From contig JBHGNT010000013.1 in the NCBI GenBank assembly GCA_043228905.1, positions 8,556,001 to 8,620,000 on the forward strand: a DNA stretch of 64,000 nucleotides, written 5' to 3'. Positions 11,401 to 25,837 of this stretch are shown in pieces; positions within the stretch are counted from its first letter, which is position 1, and the number at the start of each line of letters is the position of its first letter. A model generated the notes under the pieces. The model saw nothing but the letters and a program-made list of their open reading frames with translations, ran no database searches and was not told the origin of the DNA. A program made the translations under genes and the position numbers. The DNA comes from Azolla caroliniana (taxonomy: Eukaryota; Plantae; Polypodiophyta).

Positions 11401-14400
11401 ATTTGTGATAAATAGTCAAGCTCTTCGAATTTAGTGGAACCTCCATGCATATGTTGCCTACATACTCAACTCAGGATGGAGTGAATAACCATGTTTGAAG
11501 TTGGTTGCAAAGAGTTTCCTGCAAGTAGTTGTCTAGCATGTATTCTAGCACAATAAGACAACATCTACGAAGGTTTAGGTATTGCTGAAAAATTATGTGT
11601 ATCCACCATTAAGGTAGCTTCTTCACTTATGGAGGAAGTTGCCCCTCTTTGTAGTGTCAGATCAAGGGCCTCAATGGAACTATCAACTTCCATGGACCCT
11701 TTCTTGAATATCAGTACATCATGGTAATGTACCGTATCAAGGTTCAACAGCCCTTTATAAATTGTTTTTGTATGTACAGGTTTTGGTGTACATACAATGT
11801 CTTTTATTCTACGTTGTAAGCCTCTGGGTAGATAACTTCAACTTGTAGTCTTCAAACATTTTTTAATACTATTGAAGAAAATCTTTCAGGGAAAAAAAAA
11901 GGTAGTATCTTCATTATACTCGGGTCACATAGACCAAAATTTGTCAAGGCGTTTGAACCTTACATAGTCATTCTCTTCATAGTTTTGCCTTGTCCATTGA
12001 AACATAAATGGTACTAAGCATTTTGATAAGATCTATCAACACACTTCCAAACAACATTACCTAGTTTATCAGTCATAATAAAAATATCAAACCATGGGAC
12101 AAGCCATGTAAAAAATTGATTTGTGTCCTAGCTTCATCACTCACATATTCATGAGGACTTTATCGAGCTTCAAAATCAAAACTCTCCTTTTTTCTTTCAA
12201 TGGTTTCGGCGTCCATTCTTGAAACTCCTATTTAATTCCCCCAATGGTTGGTACCAATGATCCATTACAATCAGCTTAGGTTCACATGGGAACATTGATG
12301 TCTTCTTTCTCTTCACACGCCTACTTTGTTCGAGTTTCATTAGGTTTAGATTCAATCTAATTTGCTCCTGCACACTAGGGAATGGCAAGCATTCTGTTTG
12401 TTGGTCTTGTGTCTAAGTTGCAACGTCTGTCTTACACCAAAGACTCTCTACCTCCATGTTGCTGCTACTTCCTTGGTCGAGATGAGCCCAATAGTATCAA
12501 TTTCCACATCTACCTACACAATTAGAACAGTTGTGCCACATGCTTAATCTACTTCATTAACTAAACCCGTGGTGTCAATTTCTACATCTACTCTCACAAT
12601 GGGACCCATGGTGTCTTTTCCCTGATGGAGCCTCATTCTTTTGCCTTTTTCTAGACAAATGCCCATTTTTTGTGGCCTCTTTCACCCATTGAGAAAATGT
12701 GTCCTCCTCCAACAACATATCCACCACATCCTCCTCCTTCAAAGGCTCAGTAGCAGCTTCCTTCGCTAGATGTTTAAGAAAATGAGGATGTGGTTCTACA
12801 TCATCACGTGTAGGGCAAGGTGGGTTGTTCCAAGGTCCGAGAACTCAAAGAATTGTTGCATCAAGTGTTCAAAAACACTATTTCTTTGCACATCAGAATT
12901 ACGCACTTGATCGACTATTTCATTATTCTAGGCAATCTTGCCTAGTTCAATTCACTCTTCCATAAGCAAAGAATGAAGCTCATTTGAAGGAGATGTTTGG
13001 GCAAACTCTTACTCTCAGCCACATCGCCAAATATCTCCTTATCAGTTGCAGCATCAGCCTAGCTAGACATGTTATGTAGGTGAGCTAATCCCTGAGGTTC
13101 TATAACAACATGTCTTAGATAATAAGCTTAATAGCTACTAGCTTATTAGTGGTTAGGGGTACAACTTAGTTATTTAGCTACTGCTCTTCCACAAACTCGG
13201 CTATTTAACTACTACTTTATTACTTTTGAAGGTGTACCAAAATGGTAATACTACCCTCAATGAATGCTCGCATGTGATGCATGTGGACTGTTATGCCCTC
13301 CAACTGATACTTTTGGTAAGGGAAAAGAAGTTGTAAGGTCGTATTCTTGTTTTATTCTTACTATTCCTTCGTCAAATTGTAGTTGCTTTTCAAGGCAACG
13401 TACTTTGTCTTCTTGGTCAATGTGTCGTTCCTGAAATGGGGACAAAAAGTTTATTGTTATATTTTGAAACTTGCTGGCAACGAATATATTAAAACAAGTA
13501 CAATGATCTTAGTTGGAGGTCTAGAACATCATTTCTTACAACATGTTTAAGCCCTAGAAGATCTAGGTTCATATGAGAACCTAGATCTCCATCTCTAGCT
13601 AGATCCTACACTTGGGATCCAACAACTCATTCCTTTCAAGCTCACTCTTTATAATATCAATCCTCCTCATTTCTATTACAACCAAGTTGACCTTGCTTTC
13701 CATGACAACTACTAATGTTGTTTTTTTCTAGGTCAACCTGCTTCCAACGTCTAAAAGGCACCATCGACATTTTTCTTCATTGATTGACGCAATGTCCCAC
13801 CTGTATCATCAACATTGGGTATGTGGATATGACAATTTGGTTTCTCCTTCATTATTTGTTGATAGTCCGCAGTTGCATCATCAACTATCATGCTCTAGAA
13901 TCCCCCAATCTTTTGTTGCACATTCCCCATCTTGTAGCAACGCTCTATCAATGCCTCATTTGGAAGCGCCCATATTACCCTTTACAAATCTTTGCTACTC
14001 ACTTTCTTCGTAGATGTACAATTCTCATGTGCAAATACTCTAATGATGGAAACTAAGAACTGATTATTGACCTATATCTCTTGATGCCCTTTTTATGAAG
14101 CATCATGCAATCCTCATAAAGTCCTGGATGTACATGTTTGGTCTTCACCTTCCCTTTTACCTTGGTTACTTTGTAGACTGACAACCAGTCTACATCAGTT
14201 ATCATTTTGTAGCTTAGCACTACATAGTAAATACCATTAAGTGATAGATCATATACTCTATTAAAATCCTCCTTCGTTTGATAAAACTTCTTATAGTTCC
14301 ACACCTTAGGATAGGGAGGAACTAGCCACTTGAATTGAAACTTAATTACATTTAAATTATAAAAACATGTGTAACATATCTACATAGTTGCTAGAAACTG

Positions 14401-17299
14401 AAACATATGTTTGTTAACCACCATATTCCCACAATTTGATTCTAACTAGAGCAAAAGGGAATGTGTTTGTTAACCATATTTCCAGAGTTTGAGTCAAAAT
14501 AAAGTAAAAGGGAATGTGTTTGGTAACCATATAAACCCTAATAACCATATGTCCACAATCTGATTCTAACTTACTTGTTAGATTGTGATTTTCGTGACAT
14601 CCTCATCTATGACACAAACGACTTTACCCAAAACCAAACCATATAAAAACTTTTAGTTATGAGTTTTAAAAGAAGACAAATAATTAATCACATATATATA
14701 TATATATATATATTGGTAACTACCTAGATAAAGAAGGAATTGGTTGATAACTATTGTAGTATGGTAGTCTGTTGATTTCTATGTTTTCTTATTGTTGTGA
14801 AGGCTTCTACATTCGCAATCATAATGCTCCATCTGTTTGAATGTTGGTGCAAAACTCAAAATGATGAGGATTATGTTGACATTAAAGGTGTGCACATGAC
14901 TGCACAAAACCCCATGTTCCAGTGTGTGTGCCCAAATTCAAAATTTTGGGGATTCCCATTTTGAATCCACATAGTAAATGATATGTATCTTTAAAATTTG
15001 TCCACTAAATAATAGTTAAAACAAAATAGCTAATTAGCTACGAGAAATTATATGTATCTTTTAAGTGTTCGCATTCCCATGCTTTCAACCTTGAAGCTCT
15101 AGTTACTCGATTAAAAGGTCATTAGTTGTCTCCTTACCAACTATTTGAGTAGAGAATGTGGTTCTTGAGGATCATTGTTCGATGCAAGGGAGTCTCCACA
15201 AGGACTCAAAGAATTGTTGTATCAGTGTTTAAAAATTTTATTATGTTGCACATTAGCACTTCCTCAATTGTAGATCATTATTCTGGATAGTATTGTTGAT
15301 ATGTGCACCATAACTTATCATGAGATAGGTTTTCCATGCCTAATCCTACAATGAGTACGTGCAAGTGAATTCTTAGATGAACGAGGGTATGAATTGTAAT
15401 ATCCAATTCTATAGTGTGGGATAACTATTAAATGTGTTATCACTTGATCACTTCACATAAACTAATCAAGTGTGAACACACTAGGCCCTAGGGTTTCTGC
15501 TTATATAAGAAGGGCTAGTTACTTTCTTATTAGAAGGGGGGTTTGACTTATAGTGTGGTCATGGCTCTTGTTAGCTAAGCACGTGCAATCCTCGCAAGAC
15601 CCAAGGTACGACTCGCATCAACCCTTGATACTATGAGACATCGAGGAGGTTTGAGTATGTCTCACGTCGTTGCTACGGGATAGTCGGGTGGTTTGACACT
15701 CCTCTTTCCTTTTTTTGGTCTATAATTCCCTATATTTTGCTTAATTAATTGTTAGACTCTAACAACGCACCACACACATTTAACCTCATTTCCCACTAGT
15801 TTGTCTTTTGGCATGACCTAGTCCATGTGGGATTATCACAATGTTAGTTGGTTATTTTTAACAAAATGAAAATTTTCAATCTAGGGCAAACCTACTTCAC
15901 ACTTGGCCAACTTAAGGTTGTGAATCGAAGGAGTTGCCAATTCACACAACCCGAGCACAATGAGAAAACAAAATTCTTTTGTTACAAGGACACATACCTT
16001 CATGAACCATTGGTTTTTTACAAATAGTTTCACACACATATGGCGATACTCTATTCAAATTTGGCTGGTCTACCTTACATATCCATTGCAATGTAATATT
16101 CTTTGTCGAACACGTTTCACAATGTTCTTGGTACAATCATAGGTTCTTAACCCATGGTCAAATACAATAACACATCTTTGACTTATCTCATTCATCTATA
16201 TACAAGGTTTTTTAATTGCCATACTATGTATATAAAGAGAAACTGAAACCATCATAATACAGAGTCAATATTCAACAAATACCCAATAATGATATACACT
16301 AATGTTGTTTTGAACGAGTAATTTCTGGAAAATAAATGCATGTATCCTATTAATATTCAATATATTGCATGAGAAACGAACTAGTTGGGTCAATTGCCAT
16401 GCATCCAAGTATGGAAAGTCATTCATATTTTGCTTCCATATCACCAAGAGTAAAATAACATGGGGTTTCTATGAGCTCTACCTACCCAATCAACAAGGAT
16501 GATATAAACGATCATGACAATCCTAGTTCATCACTTATCAAGTCTACTGCTCGAGTTTAGATGTACGTTTATCCAAACGCATATCAATATCAATTTAAAT
16601 TTGCTTACTTGATTGTACTTTTAAAAAGAGTATGATAGTATTTATTATATTTCTCCAAACATGATAAATTTGCCATATTCCTCTAGAGAATCTATTGGGG
16701 CATCACAAAGGGTAACACATCCATCCTTCAAACCATTTCGTTCTATATTGTACTTACCAAAAACTCAATATTTTTGCTTTTTGTGCACTTCTTGAACTTT
16801 CTGTGAGAGCAATGCAATCTTGAAAGTTAAAGTGACATTTTCATTCTAAATCTGATGTAAATACATCACAACCCTTCCCATTCATGCTCATGCTCTATTT
16901 CTATGGAAAGTGATCCAGTCCAAAGAAGCATGAGTATCACCAAGGTGCTGAAAGGCATTTCTTGAGAACCCAGCAACTGATTTCTCTTGTCATATGATAT
17001 AATTCACATTATCAATATGCACCTGGGTACTTAAAATAAGGCACACAGCACTCCCAATATATATGTGATTAGGAGGAATTATGCCTAGAGAAAAAAGTTC
17101 ATTTACTTTCCTGGAAATACAAAGATTGTTCCATATCACCTGGTTTTATTTACGTGAATTAAATAGAAACCATAGTAGCCAAAAAGAATGTGAGTTTTGA
17201 GTTATAAAATAGCTTCCGTAAGGATCCTGAAGTCTTATAAGGTTTTGTTGCTCGAGCATATAATCAAGCAAACAATTGTGAGCAAGAATCAAACGGCTT

Positions 17300-20200
17300 T
17301 TATGGTACTACATCTTCCAACACGACCAATTCATCTTCTTTATCAATTACCTGCATATCATGAACTGATTCTATGGCCTCACTATCTTCTATCAATTTAC
17401 CCTCTGCATTTTCCTTTTCGATATCCTTCAAATCTTTTTCGTCAACAGAGAACAATCGATCTAGAAGTTGTTCAGCTTCCTCTGTCGGTATCAATAGGCT
17501 CATATTCGTCCGGCCACGCCAGCATCCAATGGCTATTACCGATGTATTTCCATTTTGGACCTCACTTTGTCCTACAAGACCATGAGCAATAATGTTGTAT
17601 GCTGATATATATAAATATAGATGGAAGCATAGACAAATAGATACCTCAGGAACCTTTGATTATGATTTTATATGACTACCAAAATAAACATGTTAACACA
17701 TGGAGCAAATAACAAACACCAAATGTTGAACACTTTCTTACCCCCATCTAAGATTACAATACAGCATCCTGGAAGAAGGGCTTCAATTCCGGCTGTAAAA
17801 CACGAGCCTGTAAATGATGTAAAATGTGCTTTTTTCTGTGAAAGGAGAAGCTTGAAATCCTTTCTCGAAGCATGAACTATCTGTTTCGTAACATAAGGTA
17901 AAAGCAATGGAAGTCCCTCTGATGCAATTCGGAAAGCACAATGTGACAACCCTTCTTTTCCTCCTTGCCGCTCCTAAAACAAAACAATGAGAAATGGTTT
18001 ATGACAAGATTAAGATTATACCAGTTGGTATTTGAAACAATGTATATGAAATGCACATATTTCTTACAAAGAGTTTCAATCCGATTGAGGTTATTTTTAT
18101 CTGCTCCCCTGAGCGGAAATTCATCTTCATTACATTAGATACTGACTCAGAAACGTAGTATATTCTTTTCAGGCGGCTTGTATCTTCGCTTCTAGTGACC
18201 AAATGTCCACGCAAAGGAAATGTCTCTTTTATACCATAGAAGCTAATGATGCTCATTATGAGAGCTTCATCTCTTAGAAATAAAACAGGGTCAACTCCTT
18301 TCCAGTTTCCCTGTCGTTGAACCCTTCCTGATTTGTTCTTTAAGTCAACATGAACTTGATCATTCACACCAAATTCTGCGTTTTTTTCCTTATTTTCTTC
18401 ACATTGAGAATGATCATCTTTACTTTTCTCCTCTACCCCATCCTCAAGTGAACCCATCTCTCCCAACTCTTCTTCCATGTTCACTTTATTTTGTTCATAT
18501 CGGGAGGGATCATTTTTACTTTCCACCAGCACCCCATCCTCAAGTGAGCCCACCTCCCCCATCTCTTCTTCCACATTCTCTTCTTTCTCTTGTTGACATT
18601 CAGAGGGATCATCAACCTTACTTTCCTCTACTACTCTATCCTCAAGCGAGCTCATCTCTTCTTTAGACCTGACAGTATTCTCTTTCCTTCCATTCTTCTT
18701 AATGGTTGTTCTCATAGGATACTCAACTATCACAACAAGAAAATGCTTAGTAAAGCAATACGCTAAAGCAATAATAGATTACATACATGAAACTGCCAGT
18801 TCACCTTTCAAGGTCGATATTTTTTTGAAAACAGCAATAAAAAAACCACCGGTATCCTGGTCATGAGGCAAAATCCGTAAGCATCGTTCCAATGGAAGAG
18901 TTGCAAATTCTACATTACCATCTTCAAGAGGAAATTTATCCCTGTTGGTTCCATTTTGAAGTATTTCTTCCGCATCATCTACTACTACATCCAAGATAGT
19001 CTTTTCATCCTCACAATCTAATTGCTCATTACAAGTATTCCCAGAAGGAAACATTCCTGGAAGTATTGACCCTGCCCGATGTTTATTTACATGCTGATAA
19101 GAAGAGATCCAAATACCTTTGTCTCTGACCTAGAGAATGAAAACAAACATACTTAACGAATCATATAATATGTAAATGACAATTTACTGTTGCTTAGAAT
19201 ATGAAAGAAACCTTCCATGTCTTCACTCCTGGCCTCCGTTTTAGTTCTGGCAGTTCTTCAGAAACATCTAGAAGTTCTAAACATCCATCAGACCGCCTCA
19301 GAATCTGTTGCCAAGAAATGATGTCAAGCATTGAAAACTTTATCAAAATCAGCACACTCTGGGAAGGGAATCTATCACTTAAACTAATCTAGCGATTTTA
19401 GGCACTTAAAGTAAAATAATTACACCAGATTGAGATTTCAAAAAAGAAGTACTTATATTTCTCTGATAGAACTAGTGTTAGCATGGGGTATTTGATCAAA
19501 TCACATGAGCTGACAACCATTTACAAATCTGATTGTTTACACCCAGTGATTCTATATTTGGAGGAGAAAAAACTAGGATGCACTAGAAAAAGTGATTCCA
19601 TTTTCACTCTTTCAGAAAAGCTGAAAAAGAAGACATAAATCCAGATAGCAGCACACCTCCCCAACAACCGCCTCATCCTCAATTGGATTTAACGAGCATG
19701 TTGAGTAAACAAGTCTGCCTCCCACTTTTAGCAATGCTACACCTACCAAGCAAAGTTGAAAACAAAGTAAAACACAAATGTTAGAAACTAAAGAGCAATA
19801 GGGAACATTTGAAGCAGAACCTCTCATTGCAATCTGAACCTGCAAGCGATGTAGACCATTTGCAATGCCGGCATTCCTAAAAGACAGCATTGATTCATTA
19901 ATGCTAACATTTATATAGAGGATATCAAACAAACTACAGTCATGTTTGACATGCAAACTCAAAAGAAGAAAGCAGAGATACCATTTTTTCCAAATGTCAG
20001 GTGCTTTACGGATAGTACCATCACCACTACATGGAACATCACATAGCACTCGGTCAAAGTATAACCCCTTCTCATCATCACTTTCAATACTCTCTATATC
20101 CTTTAAGCTCAATTGAAATTCCCGTGATCCATTCAATTGGTTTGTAAGGTCCTTCTCTTTTCTAAGACCAGGAAAATGCTGTGCTTCATGATTCGTGACC

Positions 20201-23200
20201 ATCAAGTTAGGACTGCACATGCGTTTAGTCTGATGTATAAGAAGATGACATCGTTGGACATCCAAATCATTTGCTATCACCTGGAGTATTTCATAATTGT
20301 AACACAATAAACACAAGCTGATTCCTTAATTTTGGCCACTAAGTCATAAAGAAGCTGCTACAAACCATGCCACTAGGAAGTGACCCGTTCTTATCATCAC
20401 TATGAATCATTTCAAGCAGTTGGAAAGTCTTCGAGCCAGGCGCTGCACACACTGCTCATTACAATCATCAGAAGTCGTAGACTGGATTAGCTGACATAAT
20501 ACTATCTACAACTCTATATTTTTCAGATATTAAGTATGCATCATACTATCTAAAACTCGATGATGAGGCTTCACGTCCAGGAAAAGAGGTGGAACCTGTA
20601 CTCAGGGCAGCAGAGTTATTCACGAATTCGATTAATTGAAACACACAGGGGCACATCACAATATTTACCATGCTAACAGCCTCTTGCCGGGTAATATTTC
20701 CTATTTCATTCTCTCGTTTCAGGAAGTCGTGAATCCTGAAAATTGATGCAATTATTCAGAAAATATGCATATTTTCAAATAAGCCAATAATATAAAAACC
20801 CAAAGAATAGGCTAGGAATATTAAAAACCACAAGACATAAGTTGCATATCTTAACTTAATTGGAGATTCGTTCTTAGATATGAAAAAAATTAACTGGGTA
20901 GTTTGCAAAGTAGATGAGATCATTACTGAGCACCTAGATGTGGTTTTGGTCTTCCTAGTACGGGTCATAAACCAAATACTACAATCAAGTTTCAACTTGT
21001 ATAAATGACGCTATCCATGCTATCAGCCTGACTGCCACATCCACAGAGCGGGTCATAAACTTAAATTTCTTTCGTACCTTTTTTTATTAGTCTTACCCTA
21101 TCTTTTCCTAGAAATCCTCACCTACAATTTCAGCCAAAACATCAGGAAATTTTATCTAAAGAATTGAGTGTATATACTTGGTGTGGCTCTATAAATAGTG
21201 CATCCTTGTTCCACCAATCTGTCCTCTATACACCAGCCATCTATAATCGAGAGTCTTCACTCTTGTCATATGAGTGTTGCACACTTAGTCGCTTATTCTG
21301 CTGCTGGGAGTTTCTTATGGGAATTACATCCTTTATATCAGCCATCTATATTCGAGAATACTTTCCTCTCATTATACCAATATTGCACTGTTAATCGGTT
21401 ATTCTGCAGAGAAACCTCTGATGGCCCATGGCGCAGTGCGATGTGCACCACCATCGCAAACGATGTGATAAGTTAAGTGCGAGCTGTTAGGGCAGGCACC
21501 AAAAACACCTGGATGTCTCACCAACCTATCCTTTCAATAAGGCTGTTCCAGAAATGGGTCTTTCAGTTCATTGGCCCTTTCAACCAGTTACACCACAACG
21601 TGGACTGACAGACGCTATAACAATGAGCCAGCAACTACTGCAACAATGGCTGTTGCACCACCTCTAGGGCAATGATGGCTGCAAATCAAAAACCCAGGCA
21701 AGGTGATATCGCGACATGCCACACAGCTACAGTAGTTGGAGCTTGAACTACAACAGATATTTGAACCCAACTCACTAACCAAGCTACACCTTGTGGAGTG
21801 CATCTGGGTCGCCCTGGAGCCAGCCAATGGAAGCGACACCACAGATATGCTACACGCAATGGTGGCCTGGGCTAAGATGGTAGCTAACAGCATGGTAGCA
21901 AGGTGGTGGTTAACTGCAAACAAGCAACAGAAGAACACTTGCACAGTTCTCACAACCAATTGCAAGTGGAGTCACTCAGTGAACTAGTCCGGCAACATCA
22001 GGACCAAGTGCAGGAACAGGCCAATGTACTCAATCTTCAGGCTGCCACCCAAGTATCCCATGTCATTTGCAAGGTTTGGTCTTGCTAAGAAGCTGAAGCC
22101 ACGAACTTACATTTCCTGCAAGCAGACACAGAGCCATGGCACCATGAAGGCCTTAAAGTAACCTATTTCATCAATTTTAAGTACATTGCTGAAGTATGAG
22201 AAGATATCAAGCAAATCAAGGCTACAGGGACCTAGTAGCTGCCACCTTGGAAGAAACACGATGACTAATCACCCAGTGGCAGATCAACTACGTCACATTG
22301 ACATGGCCATCACATGTTCTCCACCGGACGCTCAACCCTGAGTCTTCGGCCAACTTTCCCACCGAACCCTAAGTTGCCAACTTTGTTCAGGTTTATGTGT
22401 GTAAATACATTGTCTCAAGCATGTGCCAAAGTGTTGGTTGTCTAGGGGCGACTTGTAAATCCAGCCAGTCAAGGCCAATTTTGCAAATAAGCTTGTGAGT
22501 AGTGTATCAAATACGTTAAGAAGGACGTAATATAGTTATTGAAGTCTAGGAATAGAATGGAACCCTCACTTGGAGGCCCCCACAAATAAGAAGTAAATGG
22601 AGTTCATGAGAAGTAAATACATGCACCTCGACTATGCTTCTTCAAATTCCAACATATCAAAACCATGTAAAATGCCTTTACAGGCAAGAGAGAGAGAGAG
22701 AGAGAGAGACAAAGCTAAAAAATGAATATAATTTATTCCTTGCTGCAATTTATAAAGATCTTGTCTCTGCTTCTGCATCTCCTGATACTCTTTATGTGGG
22801 CTTGCTCCAAGAAAACAGTATTGTTTCTTTGGCAGGCATCTCAGGCTAACAGTGGTTAGACTACCCTCACTGGCAACAACTATCACTGAAACACACAGGT
22901 AGACAACAATGTGATTTACTGAATTCCAAAGTTACGATGTTAGAATGACAAGATAGGATTTGAAATAAATGATTGTGGATTCACTTCAAGATTTACAAAG
23001 GATATTGAACAAAAAGATATAAGACAAAATGCGTATCTTCACGAAAAATTACTTGACCATAAATTCTAGTTTGTCACGTGCACATATCCAAATAAGAAGC
23101 TACATATTGAATAGTGTTTTGATTTCACAAATGTCGTCTATAAATATAATACAATTAGTTTGCTAGGTCCAATTTATATGGACTATACAGGTTGAAGAGT

Positions 23201-25754
23201 ATTGAGATAAAACTTCAATGTTCAACATTGCCATGAACTATAAGCTAACCACCACATTCAGGAGCCATGGCTGCTATGACTTAAATTTAGCTTGCATCTT
23301 TGTAGAGTCATTCCATTCATGGGCCAAGGCTATTCCTGTATGTATGCATGGGTGTATCAATATTTTTCTTTTCTTTTTATTTGAGTTCAGAGAGCTTGCC
23401 GAAGAGTGTAAAGGAATGTCTCCATTAGAAAATTTAAAGATAGTCATATGCATTCAAAGATAAGTTGATGAACAACCTTGTGAGAGTTTGATTTTTCCGC
23501 AGCTGCATACGAGAGAAATTTAGATGCCAAGCAAGTTTCCCAGGATACCATGCAAGTGGCTTCACAAGCTCTTCTCCCTCCCCAGCAGCCTACAAAAGGG
23601 AAAGTCATAAAGACATCATCGCATGACAAACACTGTTTCAGATAAGCAAAGATTGGCATACCTCATTGTTCAAGGACTCAACAAATTCATTCTGTATTTG
23701 ATTACTGATTTCTCTTGCAAATTGACCACTGTGTATCAAAATATACTACATGAATATTAGAACTTGCAGGACGGCGCTGTAAAGTTTTCTTGCTTAGTTG
23801 AATAATTGAACACATCACATGCATACATATATTCTATTGTTGTTCTATTGTTAACCAATGACGAACACACATGTTTTCATGCCACAATTAAATACTCCCA
23901 TGCATACAATTTGTAAACGTGTCTCCAACTTATTGAAACTATACAACACAATACCTGTTTGTTACCTTTTGATGTGTAGCACATATATTCTGCTCTATCT
24001 CATCAATGAATTACTCTAGAAATATTTGTGCCACAGTACAGACGAAGCTATAGCACAATAGATTATCTTCCATGTGTACCCATGTTTAGTGACACAAGCT
24101 CTTTTTCAATAATAATATCAGATTGCTTACAAGTCTTAAAAAAATATCAACAATAGTAGTAAAACCATCTGCATCATCACATTAGATTAATACCTGAATT
24201 ATCAGTGTTATTTCTTTCAGCACAATAAGTCGTAACTTGTAAACCACACACAGCACCTTTTATGTCACGTGTTACCATGTTTCTTTGTTACATAAGCCTG
24301 ATTCACGATAAACATGTTAAACTAGAGTCTCATCTTACTCAACAACTAGGATCGCATGCGAGAAATCATCAAGGATGTTTTATTTTGCTGCATTCGCATC
24401 TTGAATACATGTAAGAACAGTGAGTTAAAAGCAATTCTGAATGGTTAAATTACAATATCAGGGAAAATCTAGTTTACGATCTATTGGCAAAAGATCACAC
24501 TATTCTATTACAAACATATTAACTGATATCAGGAAAAATCTAGTTTAGGATCCATTGGCAAAAGATCACACTATTCTATTACAAACATATTAACTAAAAC
24601 CACATGCAAGAAATCATCAGGAATGTTCCTTTCCTGCATTCTCATCATAAACACTCATGTGACTAATGAATACAAAGAAATTCTCATTGTTAAATTGCCA
24701 CTTCAGGGAAAAGCTGGTATATAATACATTGAGAGAAAATTGTAGCTATTTTATTGCAAGTTCATGAGAATTCATGATGAGATGACATCAATTGTAAAAA
24801 TGCTCATAGCAATGCCTCCTCCACGTGAATCTAACATCAAAGCATCAGTCATAATTTTCAATTATAAAGTCTTTACCTGGCATTTACCCGAAACACTGCT
24901 GGCAAAGGCTTTTGTAAAATAGCAATGAATTCATCCCATTCATCCTCGGGGACAATTTGTTGTTCCTGCACAATTATATGTACTATGAGAAGGCAACATT
25001 ATATATTACCAAAGGAAAGTGTCCAAACACAGTAACAATATCTCCCTTTGACACGGAATACAACTGTAGACAAGTTAGAAAAGTTAACAAACAAATCATA
25101 ACTACAATAGCTTATGCAAATTTCCAGAAATAGTTCTTCAAAGGCATGCATGAACTTCATAGTTAGAAGTAAGGAGAAATTGCTTATCAGCATTCACATT
25201 AATATAAGGAGCTTGGAGATATTGTTCTCCATTGGAAGCTTCTTGCAATCAATGTAAACATAACATGCACATTCAATTTGAGAGGAAACACATGACCATG
25301 ATTTTCCTATTGCTATCCTCCTCATATGTAAATTTTGCACAAATTATCAATGTGGTTTCGACATATTGTTTTCTAATGGAAGCTTACTAGCAATCAAAGT
25401 AAACATAGCATACACGGTCCATTTGAAAAGAAACATAGAAACAGCTATGCATCCTATTCCATATATACTCGAAAAGAGTTATAGCAAAAATGTAACTTCA
25501 AAAGGTATAACAAGAATATCGATTTTGAGGTAGAAGGAGAAGAAGGAGACTTTATAGTATTGTTGGAAAACGGGGTTGTCTGTGACGAAGGGCTCCCAAC
25601 CTGCACCTCCTTTACCATCTCCACCTTCACCTTCACCTTCACCTGCTTGACCCTGTGGGCGAGGTTTCTTCTTCCATGTGTTCTCTCTTCCTTCTTTAAA
25701 ATGTCTGCGTTGGGTGCGGCCACGCTTCTGCCCTCCCCTGTTTCCCCCACCCAT
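17300..25754 (-). CDS. NSUN2: RNA (tRNA) cytosine-C5 methyltransferase, NSUN2/TRM4 family, 15 coding exons, 898 aa
   Basis: Exons with GT-AG boundaries and continuous phase: 25551-25754, 24877-24965, 23662-23728, 23477-23589, 20669-20735, 20547-20595, 20366-20451, 19982-20280, 19821-19876, 19657-19742, 19212-19304, 18805-19129, 18068-18726, 17742-17973, 17300-17571 (2697 nt). Motifs: GNITRQEAVSMVPPLFLDV, LDMCAAPGSKT (SAM binding), FDRVLCDVPCSGDG, VYSTCSLNPIEDEAVV, LPHDQDTGGFFIAV, FRIASEGL, GCWRG. Both catalytic cysteines are present. Confidence 0.93.
24456..24595. repeat. ~70-bp tandem duplication in intron 2 of the methyltransferase gene
   Basis: TATCAGG(G)AAAATCTAGTTTA.GATC.ATTGGCAAAAGATCACACTATTCTATTACAAACATATTAACT occurs twice in tandem. 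Confidence 0.85.
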
Positions 25755-25797
25755 TCTGCTCTGCTCTGCTCTGCTCTGCTCTGCTCTGCTTCTGCTC
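25755..25797. repeat. (TCTGC)n microsatellite directly upstream of the start codon (5' UTR)
   Basis: About 8 pentamer units abut the ATG at 25754. Confidence 0.9.
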
Positions 25798-25837
25798 TTC
25801 GTAATGTTTCCTTGTTTATTTTTAACACTCCTTTCAG

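Noticed and set aside
11500-16500. Possible genes or TE remnants (e.g. ORF 14053-14304; related segments at ~12790-12920 and ~15155-15280)
   Set aside because: Too degenerate to assign; no motifs or boundaries I can support.
21050-22900. ORFs inside NSUN2 intron 4
   Set aside because: The CDS is in phase without them. Probably an old TE remnant (TATA-like CTATAAATA at ~21190) whose ends I cannot define.
17300-25754. Functional link between the tRNA methyltransferase gene and nearby tRNA-like TE motifs
   Set aside because: An ordinary intron-rich housekeeping gene in TE-rich DNA; nothing in the sequence ties them together.
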